64,000 nucleotides of DNA from the NCBI GenBank assembly GCA_004764695.1, contig SMSO01000031.1:9096761-9160760 (forward strand), read 5' to 3'. The notes under the pieces are model-generated. The model worked only from the letters and a program-made list of their open reading frames with translations. It was not told the DNA's origin and made no database searches. Position numbers and translations under genes: made by a program. Positions 52,877-64,000 of the stretch are shown here, piece by piece. Position 1 is the first letter of the stretch. The number at the start of each line of letters is the position of its first letter. The stretch comes from Schizochytrium sp. TIO01. Lineage: Eukaryota; Protista; Bigyra: Labyrinthulomycetes.

Positions 52877-55800
52877 GGTGTTCTTGCGCTAGGAGAAATT
52901 ACAAACAAACAAACAGACAAGCGGGGCAGCGAGGCCGAGACACAGATGGCTTGCTGTTGCAGCGGAATGGATGTGCGAAACAGTTTTGCTTTGCCGCTCG
53001 GGCCCTTGATTTCTCTGGCCTTGCATGACTCCCGCTCAACCGACATACGCAACTCCCCCACACTGCCCACCTACCCTGCCCCTCACATCCATCAGCTCTC
53101 TCCTCCAACGTCCACTGATTAATTCTTGAGTCGTATCACCCCGCAGTGCCCTAGTGAGTGATCCTTCACAGCGTTAAACTTTCCACGAATTTGCTCTAAG
53201 GTCCTCGTCTTTCACAGTGGTACTTTACAAAGTCCTCTCGAGGAAACGGCTTTGTCCTCCTATTCACACTGGAATTCTGTATTCCTCTCTTGTCTGACCC
53301 ATTCTAAAAATTATGCTCCCCCTCTCAACTTGCCTCTTATGCCCACTAGGACAAAGATGGTTCTCCTGGGTCCCTTTTCAACGGTCACTCTCAGTCACAT
53401 CAACTCTGAGAGGTTCCAGAGGCATGTTTTCTCAGAGGGAGATCCGCGCGAACCCAACTGACTTATTGGCGTAACCCAGGGACCCTCCCCTTCCAACGGA
53501 TCTGCCCGCGCTATGCAAATTCTTCAGAATACACGTGGTAGGACTTGGCTAATCAGAGCGTTTGCAATTGTAGGAAAAAGTGACTCTTTCACTCGCTCTC
53601 ACTCTCGCTCTCTCTGTACGTCGGCTGCTTCTGCTTTGGCTTTGCTCCGATGTGCTCGTTAGATTTGGGTGCCTGCCTGAATGTTAGTCATAACAGTCTC
53701 CGTCACCTAATTGAAGATGATTTTTTTTCTTTTTCGATCTCTGCACTTTCCTTTTAGTTTCCTCTTTTGATCAAGTTCCAAGTTTTCTTTGCACTTCCTT
53801 TTCCTCGTACCATGCAAAAACTGTCAGCTGCAGCAACGATAACAATCTTCTTCAAGATTACACCAACAAGCAACAGCTAGATTTCCTCGTCGTGCCCGAA
53901 CTTGCTACGAACCCAGACTCGTGCATGTTTTGCACGCAGCAAGCACGCAAGCACGCAAGCGCGCAAGCATGCATCACCACAAGGAGCAAGAGGTCGTTTC
54001 TCCACATGCTATGTTTGTTCAACCGGCAACAACAATAACGCGCTTAAAGGAGAAGAGGGTTGCTCCTTTTGTTTCCTTTCTAGTTCTCTCCGTTTGCTAC
54101 ATAGACAAATCAACACCAAAAAAACAGTCGCAAAAAGTAAACTATTAAAAAATAAAATATTAAATGTATATACCAATTTAGTGTTCTCTGCAAATTTTGC
54201 CATTGTAGGTAAGAGGCATGATTATCACGGCACTTTTCCATGCTTCTGCCATTTTTAACGACGGTAGTACAGCTCCTGTCGCTTATTCGACGTTTCCTCT
54301 TCTCGTTCACCCTGGCCTCTCGCACCCAAAAGCTATAGGTAGGATGTTCTCTTCCGAATGCTGCTCGCCATGCTGCTTGTTTTTGGGAGTTTGTCAGTAT
54401 CGTCGGGCAACAGCTATAGAGGCCGCGCCCTTGGCAAAGTTCTCGCTAACTTGATGCCTCCTAGTGCACTGGGGTCATTCTTCTGGTGCTTACATTTATG
54501 AAGACTCTCAGTATGGTATTTATTGCTCCTCTGTTAACTGCTGAAAGAATTAGAGCTACACATGGATGGATGTTACCGTGCCTATTCCCGTTCTGTCGAG
54601 AGAGAACTGTCTAATTTATCAGCGCGGGGCCGCTACGAAGAGAAGAGAAGTACTTGGGGCGAGAGCGCGCACGCGCACTTGAAAGCAACGCGTGCGTGTA
54701 TTAGTTAAACAACTGCTCGAGCTACATTCACGTGTGTTACCTGTGCAACAGCAGTAGCAGCAACAACAATTATCTACCAGCAGTGGTCTTTCTGTTGATC
54801 TCATAATTGAGAGGCTGTGCTCGCTTTCATTATGTATGCGATGCCGCGCAAGAAGCTCGGAATCAACAGCCGGGCAGCGAGGTGGGCCCTAGCGAGATAT
54901 TCACCTACCGAAAGTGGAAACACTCACAATAATTAAAAACACATCAACCGTATCAATAACTGTTTCATATAGGAAGGTTCGCAAAGTATAACTTGAGGCA
55001 GGTTGAGAGTAGCGGTGAAGATACCAGAGGGGTGCAGAGCAATGTTTTTCTTTCCAATAATGGCAAAATCATCTATTTTTTAGTCTTTCTAAAAGTCTCT
55101 TTAAAATTGGAAAGAAAAATAAAGACCTTAAGCGCGGCGCGTGGCGCACTAGTAGGTCAGTGGTCCGGAGCATCGCTTAGCGTAGTGCCAATATCAGGTA
55201 GCGAAATGCAAGAAACTGATGAAGAAGAAGAGGGAAATTAGAGAAAATATAACAGCCACTTTTCAACGACTATATTTTTAAATCGGTGTCCTTACTTCCC
55301 TACAATTACACTTTCAAAACAACTATGTTCCTGTACCAGGTTGTAGGTGGTGTTTTGGAATTGACCTCACAATCAGAATGCCGCAGCTGCGAGTGCGCAT
55401 GTTTTTCGAACCATGTTCTTCCAACTTTCGTTCGACTTTGTACATGGAGACGCGCTGTTTCTTGCATGAATTATGAATTGTTGGAGTAGGCACGTTACCT
55501 TTTTAGGAATCGTGGAGAGGAGCTGAAGGCTCCATACAGGAAGTAAATAGGCTTGTGAGGTTTGACAGCGCATGTGTTAAAGTCATTTTTACAGAATGTG
55601 CAAGTTGAAACAATCATGAGAACAACTAAGTGCAACCACCTTCCAGGCTGAAAAATCATGTGAAATTGTGAGCGCCTTGCGGCGCGCGCGGAAACTGGAG
55701 ATGGGCCTAAACATTTTGCGTGCGAGAGAAATCATGAGATGCTCTTTTCTAAGGGACTGCTAGATCGAAATGTAGATAGCAAATAGCACGCGACGCGTGT

Positions 55801-56346
55801 CCTCGGGACGCGACAGCAGCTCTGGTCCCAACGAATCAGCACAGTTTTCACAAGAAGTTAACCATGTCCTCATCGAACTTAGTAGATAGTCCACTATCTT
55901 AATAGAAAGGGTCGTTGAAATATTAGTGTATGAGATGAAAGGCCAACCTTACCGAATGGCTCCCGATGTGATTTTCGAGCTTGGGATCAAATACGCATTC
56001 ATGTGGTCTGGGAGGGATGTTGCAGTTCTTCATCGCAGAATCGTGTTAACACTAGAGTAGACTATTCTTGAAGCAATTTCGGAACTGTAGATAAGAAATA
56101 CAAAATGCGAAGAACATGTGTCGTAGACACACATTAACCTTATTTTTTTAAGAGTAAATGGAACCTCAACTGGCGTGTACAAAGGGAATATGTGAATGTG
56201 CGTTTCTCTCTTTTATGTTTGAATATACAAATACGCGCAATGTCTCTATTGACGAGCACCAGGGTTCTGATCTTTCCTGATCATGACTCTAGAGGTAAAG
56301 AAAGACACCCTGCAGATTCATCATTATTGGTGAACAGTCAAACTCT

Positions 56347-57159
56347 ATGAAACCCGGCCAGGGGATGCGTCAGATTACAATGTCAGAAACGGTGACGTTT
56401 GTCCTTATGAATGACAATCGCACCATTTATACAGTAGGACGCAACACGGAGGGCAACATGGGCATGCCCACGTCTAGTTATGAACTATACGATAAACTTT
56501 ACACTATCGACGGTGTTACCAAGGATATTGAATACATTGAAGGGCTTTGTCAGGTCTTGATTGTGGCCTACAAAGATGGGACCTTCGCTCACACAGGCGA
56601 CACATCGGGGTTTTCAGGCCTTGCTGCACCCACTGTCGGGCTTGTGGAAGTCCCGCGCTGGGCAAATGAAAAGTCCATCAGCATGCAGTGAAGACGCGGC
56701 TGTTTTGTCTTGGCGGAAGGTAAGGTATTTTGTGGTGGTAGCATGAACACCTATGGTGAGACAAACCCTTATCATGTAGGCACAGCGCCTGGCTATACTT
56801 TGGTGGAAATCACAGAACTTGGGTCCGACAACGAGCTCGTGCATCACTTTGTAAATTTTGTATGTGTCGTCAAACAAAAGTCGGGTGATGTTTATTGCTG
56901 GGGACACAACCAAGGCTACAAACTTGATCCTACACAGACTACTAAATATATCACCACGCCTGTGAAGATCCAAAATATCACAGGGGTGACTCAGCTATTT
57001 GGTATACAGTATGCGCGTGCAGCCACATCAGATGGGCAGGTAATGTTGTTCGGATTCCCGTAAGGCCATGGTCAACAAGGCTTGTGGAGGGTACACACAT
57101 TAAATAAAACCTCACCAAAACGCATGGAGGGTGTATGCAATGCTTACTTGTCAATGTGA
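56347..57159 (+). pseudogene. RCC1/BLIP-II-like beta-propeller repeat reading frame with two in-frame stops
   Basis: Repeats TIYTVGRNTEGNMG, GKVFCGGSMNTYGE, SGDVYCWGHNQGYKL and DGQVMLFG. ORFs 56347..56691 and 56710..57063 share one frame across TGA (56689-91), and the repeat pattern continues past TAA (57061-63) as GHGQQGL..TSPKRMEGV. Confidence 0.65.
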
Positions 57160-60100
57160 ATTGGTTGATGTAATATAGCATAATTGTAAGGTATTATTAT
57201 TTTTTTCTTTTAATTTAGCGCGAGAGCACGAAAGGCTTGGTTAAGTATTTGGATTTATGTTTGTTGAGGGCTTGTTCTTGTTTAGCTGGATGTGACTTTT
57301 TCCAACTAGCTTGTTCAATAGATTTGTGCAAACGTACTCCTTGTGAAATAGTAAAGGATGTGCATGCATCTCATAACCTTTGATCATATTTATATAAATT
57401 GATTTCATGTGTCCTTTCTCAGAGTCTCACTGGTGCAAAAATATATCCCATGAGTTCAAAGTGCAAACGCAATTCTCAATCCGAAACTATCTTACTTATC
57501 ATATGTTTTGTAAAGAACTTTGAAGCATTGCTCAAATGGACTCTCCCTTCTAAGGCCAGTTGCGATCACTTTAGAGTCCGACCTTTTAAATCTTTCGTCA
57601 TGGAAAACAAAGTAGAGCTTCACGCATTGGTCTATCAGAATGCTAGAAGGATAAAATAAAGAAATTCGATTGCTTTCAAAGGCATAAATAGACATGACTA
57701 AATGAGGTTGTAGTTGAGGATCGTGTGAATGCATGAGCAAATTTGGACATGGCTGTATAAATGCGTTTCAAATTATGTTGATTGAGGAGTCATAAAAATG
57801 AATTCCGAATAGTAACGTTCAACTATGAGTAATAGAGGTACGCCGTTCTCGAGAATATGTAGTATTTTTGTACTTAAGACACATCGGAATATATACAGTA
57901 AATGCGAATACTCCACGTTACCTTCAACTTAATTATTCGTCTTAATGTTTCTGTGAGAAGACCCGTGAATTATATGAGTACTCGAGTGAGACCTTACATT
58001 TTACTTGAAAGATAACCACATCCTGCATAAAAAATTGCTGATATATCAATTACCAGACTATATCTCTTTCTCTTGTAATTCGAACCGATGGTGAGTGCGA
58101 CGGTTTCTTCAAACTGAAATATATTAATTATTATGGTATTAAGGTTTCAATACTCTTGAAATTTGAGGTATCACATTTGAGGATGTTGCCAACCCTAGAG
58201 TCTTTGATGAGTGATTAACACACTAACCCTTGTGAGCGGAAGCCAAATATACATTTTATCGTATCTTGAGATGTAAACCGTCTGCTTTAAACCTCAATTT
58301 GCAGAGACACATGCGAGTACCTTGTGTCTAAATTGTTTTTCTCAGTTTATGTTCTGAGTCTCTAATTCAACAATGGTTTATTTTTTCGCACCGGGTTCTT
58401 GGATGTGTTCTACATACTCCCAAACTTCATGAACGAGTTTCTACCTCCCAGGTATGAGTATTCCACCTAATAGGTAGACTGAAAGTAGATACCTACCTTT
58501 TCGATACATGTCAGCGGTTGATTACCAGAACTGTTTCCTCTCTGCTTTAGCGACGGTTGAAATCAGATTTTATTCCTAGCGGCTAATACTATTGGTCACT
58601 ACCGGCGCAGGTCCATGAGACCTCTGTAACAACAGTAAAACAGGGTCATAACCCCGAGTTAGATAGTGTCGGCATGCAATGATCTCGTCAGGTATCCCCG
58701 GCAGTTAGGCAGCGTTGCTCCTGCAACTTACGTCGATCGGTTGCAAATTGATTTATATTTTGTGTGCAAGCCCTCTACCGACGACTGTTTTTTCTTTCTT
58801 AAAATATTACGTAGATGGATCTTTAATTTTAAAAAAATACACTACCTTACCGTACAGTAAAATAAACCATCTTGTTCTTCTATTGCTTCTTCTGATGTCG
58901 CTGCTGCTACCTTAGTCATGAGCACCAGAGTTTGGGCTTTTAAACATACAACATCAAGACCCAAGGGACCTGATTTTAGAGTTCACTCGAGCGTAAGTAA
59001 GGAAGAAGTAATTGTAAAATAGATCAATTGATTAGTCCAGTGATGCTCTGTCAAGAATGAAAGACCCGACCCCAAATGAGCCCATACTAAAACCTCTTCA
59101 ACGCCATAATAACTACTGTAAACTTTACCATATATTAATAAGAGAGGGAAGGGGAAAATATATTATTTCAATGTTAATGGGTTAATGGGTTTAGTTCTTT
59201 TAATTTTTAATATTTTCGATTATTATTTGATTAAATAGCTGTTAGTCTTTTTGTTTTTTATAATTAAAATGTAAAAATATGTCATGATGATCATCATTCT
59301 TAAGATCACAATAATAATATATGCTCAGGCTTGGTGAAAAAAATTTCTCCAAATTTAATTCAAAACACCACAAGACTCCCGCCACAGTCTTGAGATCCTC
59401 TTGCTGGCGCTTCTTAACCATTGTTTTGGATGATACTTATTTATATATATATTTTTTAAATATGTATTTTTTAATTTTTTTTAATTTCAATACAACAGGA
59501 TCTGCCGATCACCCTCAGGCATGGAACAAATAAGTGCACTGTGTAGGTTCTACCTTTGCCTGCACAAAGTCTTGGCCAATGCACAGGGATATCTAATCTC
59601 TTTCTAAGGCATCCAAATTCAGAGCGAGCAGAGCTTAAAAGTACAGAGAAGAAGGCATCATTACGTGCAGAGATGTTCGATTTCGGAACAACCATCGTCA
59701 TTGCACATTTGATGTTGTAGCTAGTCTGACTCTTAGATATCTACTAACACTTGCTACCACTTTAAATACTTAATTTCTAAGGGTCGGGACTACTATCGAT
59801 ATCCTTACCTTGCTAGTGATGAAAGAACGTGAGTGACTATTGTGTGAACAGCGGTTACCCTATGACTTTTCATTCTTTATTTCTTTCTTTTTACTTATAA
59901 AATAATGTATATATTCTAAAGAAAAACTGATGCAATCACTTGAATAAATTAAAGTCATAGGTATTAAATGATTCCTGCATTCAGCAGCATCAATCAACAG
60001 AACACAACGCGCTCTCATCTTTTGCTGTAGCTGGGTTGCTTTTGAAAATTTCCTACCAGATACCTACCTACCTAGGTTTTTACTCCGAGTCATAAAACTA

Positions 60101-61126
60101 CCTGCCTACCTACCTGTTGAACAAACGCCGATCCTTTAGCTCACCAGTGACCATGATAATCCTCATAAACGAATTGGATGTACATAATTCATCGACATTA
60201 TAATCCTGTCACCAACAAACCGGTCGCAGAGGGATCTGCTTCTCTAAGTAAACGATGCTTTTGCTTGAAGTTGTCTGAAGTTCTTTGAAGCTCTTTGGAC
60301 TTCTTTGAAGTAAGTTTGTTTGGTTGGTTGGTTGTTTATTTGTTCCTTTCTTTCTTTGCGTCTTCGTTCGGTCGATCGCTTTCCTCATTTTCCTCGAGGC
60401 GGACATACATAGGAAGTACCGCATATCAAACATCCTTTCTCTCTTTCTCTCTTCGCCACCATTAATAGGCAGGCAGGCATGCTCCTTCTATCCCTTATCT
60501 TCTGCTTACTGCCTCCTATCCAACTGGCTAGCTACGCATAACTCTTTTTCCTTTTCCATTTCTTTCACTTTCGTTCGTTTTTTTCCCTTCAAGTTCATTC
60601 CTTTTTTAACTAAATCAAAAATCAAAATTGAAGACTTCAAAGGAAAAAAAAGAACAACACACACGCGCCTCCAACTACTCCTATAGTTTACAATAGCTAT
60701 CTCCCACCACGCTCTCGCTGCTCCTATCCCCGCGTAGGTAAGTCCTAGCCACGACAGACAGATAGATAGATAGAGAGATACATTGCATCGCATTGCACTC
60801 ACTGCATTGACAGACAGGCCACAAACAGACTCGTGCTTTGAGGTCCTCGGCATCAGTTGTGAGTGAATCCGCTCAGCACAAACAAATAAAATCCCACCCA
60901 GCTAGCTATGCGCTTTCCCACCCTGCCTTGTACGCATTTCGGTGCCCACCTGTTCATTCATTGATGCATTTCTCAATATTGACGTCGATCTCATCTTCTG
61001 CAATTGATGTTGACGCAGGTAGTAGTAGGTGCGCAGTAGCGGGCACTAGTAGTGCTACTACTGGGTGTAGGTAGGTAGAAGAGCTCGTTCTGAGAGCATA
61101 GGGCCGAGTAGAAGAGGGATAGGCTG

Positions 61127-61163
61127 TACTTACTCACTTACTTACTTACTCACTTACTTACTC

Positions 61164-61230
<67 letters not shown>

Positions 61231-61242
61231 CACTTACTTACT
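61127..61242. repeat. (ACTT)n microsatellite, ~29 units with a few ACTC variants
   Basis: Direct tandem repeat. Confidence 0.95.
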
Positions 61243-61251
61243 ATGGGCACA

Positions 61252-61281
61252 GTCTGTCTGTCTGTCTGTCTGTCTGTCTGT
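61252..61281. repeat. (GTCT)n microsatellite, ~7 units
   Basis: Direct tandem repeat. Confidence 0.9.
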
Positions 61282-61464
61282 GCGGCTATTAGCTATTTGG
61301 GTAGGAGGGCGGATAAGCTAGCAGTCGGCTAGGCAAGCGGATAGTAGGGTAGGTAGCAGTAGGCTAGCAGTAGCAGTAGAATGAGGATCCTCAATTTCAA
61401 GTGGAGGAGTCATAGCAGCCCAATAATGGGAGTAAGGAGGCGGATTAGGAGCAATAGGAGCGAA

Positions 61465-61673
61465 CGAATGAATGATTGAGTGAATGAATGAATAAGTGAA
61501 TGAGTGAATGAGTGAATGAGTGAATGAGTGACTATTGAGTGAATGAGTTATTGAGTGAATGAGTTATTGAGTGAATGAGTGATTGAGTGATTGAGTGAAT
61601 GAATGACTACTGATTGAATGAGTGACTATTGAGTGAATGAGTGAATGAGTGAATGAATGAATGATTGAGTGAA
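61465..61673. repeat. Degenerate (TGAA/TGAG)n microsatellite
   Basis: Mixed gaatgagt/gattgagt units over ~200 bp. Confidence 0.9.
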
Positions 61674-61945
61674 TATAGGCTATAAGAACGAGGAGGAGGA
61701 CGAGGAGGAGGAGAGAAAGAGAGGAAGAATAGCCAAGCAACCAAACAAACAAAGAGAGGAAGAGAGCAGCAGACGGAGAGGCACTCGCTCGGCTCTGGAG
61801 GGTGCTAGAGTCGCGTTGTGGGTTTTCTCAGGGTCGGTGGTAGTGCTTGTGCTCGTCTGGTTGGGCTCTGGTTTGTTGGCTTCGCTTCCCTTCGATTGGC
61901 TAGCTACTTAGGTCATTCGTCTATCTATTCAACCATCCATCCAAC

Positions 61946-62680
61946 ATGGGCGACCGCAGGCTGATGATGTCTTCGAGCAGTGAAGGCGACTCTTCTGGCG
62001 TGGAGAGCTGGATTGAGTGGTTTTGCAAGCAAGAGGGCAATGAGTTCTTCTGTGAGGTGGACCGCCGCTACATTGAGGACAGCTTCAACTTGTACGGACT
62101 TCGCGAGATCATTGGCCAGAACTTCAAGCGCTGCTTGGATGTGATCTTGGACCGCGTGGAGCCCATCAGCAGCGATGAGGCACTTGAGCGTCAGGTTCAG
62201 GACCTCTACGGACTCATCCATGCTCGCTTTATCATTACCAAGCGTGGCCAGGATAAGATGCGCCGCAAGATGAAGGACATTGACTTCGGCGTCTGCCCGC
62301 GCCTGCCCTGCCAGCAGCAGCCTGTGCTCCCTGTCGGCCTCAAGGATGAAATCGACGTCTCTGGTGTCATGGTCTATTGCCCTCGCTGTAATGACGTATT
62401 CCTTCCTGCTAACCGGTGCGGCTACCGCAGTGACGACATGGACCTTGATGGCGCCTATTTTGGCACCACCTTTCCGCATCTGTTCATGATGCAGTTTCCA
62501 GAGCTTTGGCCCCCTGCGCCCATCAGGGTTGAGCCGTACGTGCCCAGGGTCTTCGGATTCAAGGTCCGTCTCCCCCCACGCCCACTCGCAGATGAGGACA
62601 CAGTTATGCACGACGAGAGTAAACCTGAGCCCGGATCGGCAGGACAGGACCAGCAGCAAGCCAACGATGCCAAGAAGTAG
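61946..62680 (+). CDS. CSNK2B: Casein kinase II regulatory subunit beta
   Basis: SWIEWFC..GNEFFCEVD..YIEDSFNLYGL, LYGLIHARFI, Zn finger CPRLPC...CPRC, DGAYFGTTFPHLF, YVPRVFGFKV. Confidence 0.96.
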   Translation: MGDRRLMMSSSSEGDSSGVESWIEWFCKQEGNEFFCEVDRRYIEDSFNLYGLREIIGQNFKRCLDVILDRVEPISSDEALERQVQDLYGLIHARFIITKRGQDKMRRKMKDIDFGVCPRLPCQQQPVLPVGLKDEIDVSGVMVYCPRCNDVFLPANRCGYRSDDMDLDGAYFGTTFPHLFMMQFPELWPPAPIRVEPYVPRVFGFKVRLPPRPLADEDTVMHDESKPEPGSAGQDQQQANDAKK

Positions 62681-64000
62681 TGATATGAACGAAAACTACA
62701 AGCCATGCTAAGCTAAATATGAAGGCCGCCTTTTGAAGGAGCCAGAAGAAAAGTGAGTTTAACTTTAAATCTCATCTCTTCTATCTTACGGGTAGATAGG
62801 CACTTCAAGATGGCATTGGCGCTCATTCTATCATCGTCAACGGCACAACCGACATCATCAGTGCTGCTGTATATAGCACGAATTATTGAAAATGACATAG
62901 GATATATCGCCCGGCGTTCCTTCATTGACGAGTATTGGAGGAGTCCATAAGGCTCAATCTTTTTCGTGGCAATACAGCGCACATTCCTGCTGCCACAGCT
63001 GCTACGTGGTTTATGCGGCTTCTGCATCCACTTCCAAGCCGGAATCTACAACACGTGTGCAAGTGTATACTTCTGGACTGACGCATTTCACGCCTAGCTT
63101 AGCCAGTGCACGCGCTTTTGATGTCTTAATGAAATCAAAAACAAGTGGACCGTGATGAGAGGGCGAGGCGAATCAAAGACGTAGAGCCTACTGGACGCCC
63201 ACTCCGTTTACATTACACGCACAAACGACAACACTCAACAAAGACGATAACAAACACAGATACACAAATCAAAGCACAAAATGAAAAGAGAAAAAAAAAG
63301 CTACTCAACTTAACGCAACGCAACTCCACAAATATCCTATAGCGAAGCAACGCATGCCAGGGCGAAGCAAAGTAAACAAAAGCGCCGCGCATACCAGCTA
63401 CACACGCGAACACGCGTAGGCAACATGAAGAACTATTATCATAAACTCTTTTGGCCGGATTACATACAGGGCGTACTTTAAATTCCTTTCAAACCATCTT
63501 CCTTGCGCTTCTTTTACAGAGAGACAGCTAGACTCCGTTTAGTGCACGATACATAGGGATTCAGATACGAAAAAGTTAGGCACACAGTTCCCACTGGAGT
63601 CCCTAATAGCATGCAACTTATCTCGAAGAGGCCTCTCTTTCTTGAACATGTATGGGCGCATGGGTCTGAGTTATGAGACTAATAATACTGCGCAAGACCC
63701 AGCTGCAAGATTTTGCATCCCGTTTCTTGGTGTTTAATATCATATTCCTTCCATGTTTACTTTCATCTTTACCTATGCATACCACCACAATTGCAACCTT
63801 CATTCAACTAAGGGACGGCACTGCAGCATATATTGTGTGGATTAATCGAACGCTCGTGGGCTTGAAAACTCAAAATACACTTTTTCACTTTATTTCTTTT
63901 CCCCCTGGGGAAGTAATTATTGGCTTGGAGAGGCTTTCCTAGCTACCTTGAGGCTATGTGCGCCATGACAACTGTACCATGTTACCCATGAAGTGTCGAT

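Noticed and set aside
54990-55030. GTAGCGGTGAA, a short SSU-rRNA-like word
   Set aside because: Only ~11 nt; flanks do not follow rRNA sequence.
57064-57200. Possible SECIS for the RCC1-like TGA
   Set aside because: GTGA..AA is present, but there is no matching 3' GA quartet and the stem is poor; the TGA is not at a redox-Cys-like position.

Overview
Eukaryotic nuclear DNA: intron-poor, with GT-AG introns and many tetranucleotide microsatellites. Gene content, especially the myosin tail architecture, suggests a stramenopile, probably a thraustochytrid/labyrinthulomycete (inference). Thirteen protein genes are supported: SRP68 (partial, missing from the ORF track because it runs off the left edge), a 3-exon SAM-domain protein, a gamma-butyrobetaine-dioxygenase-like enzyme, an EF-hand-fused voltage-gated K+ channel, a myosin with an IQ/Ank/PH/Ank/AIDA-C2 tail, a SAC3/GANP gene split over two overlapping frames, a His-rich GARP (SHLQKY) transcription factor behind ~10.5 kb lacking intact genes, a nucleotide-sugar transporter, a membrane-anchored PhoD phosphatase, an unknown probable mitochondrial membrane protein, U2AF35, a divergent alpha-tubulin and CK2-beta. 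Decayed material includes an RCC1-repeat frame with two in-frame stops and a probable Merlin/ISXO2-type transposase relic. No rRNA, intact tRNA or CRISPR array was seen, and I cannot demonstrate a new multi-gene system. Best leads: the frame-split GANP, the EF-hand Kv channel, U2AF35 with Glu at the conserved S34 position, the His/Cys-rich GARP factor near PhoD, the K40-less tubulin and the Merlin relic. All family calls come from motif recognition by eye; no searches were run.
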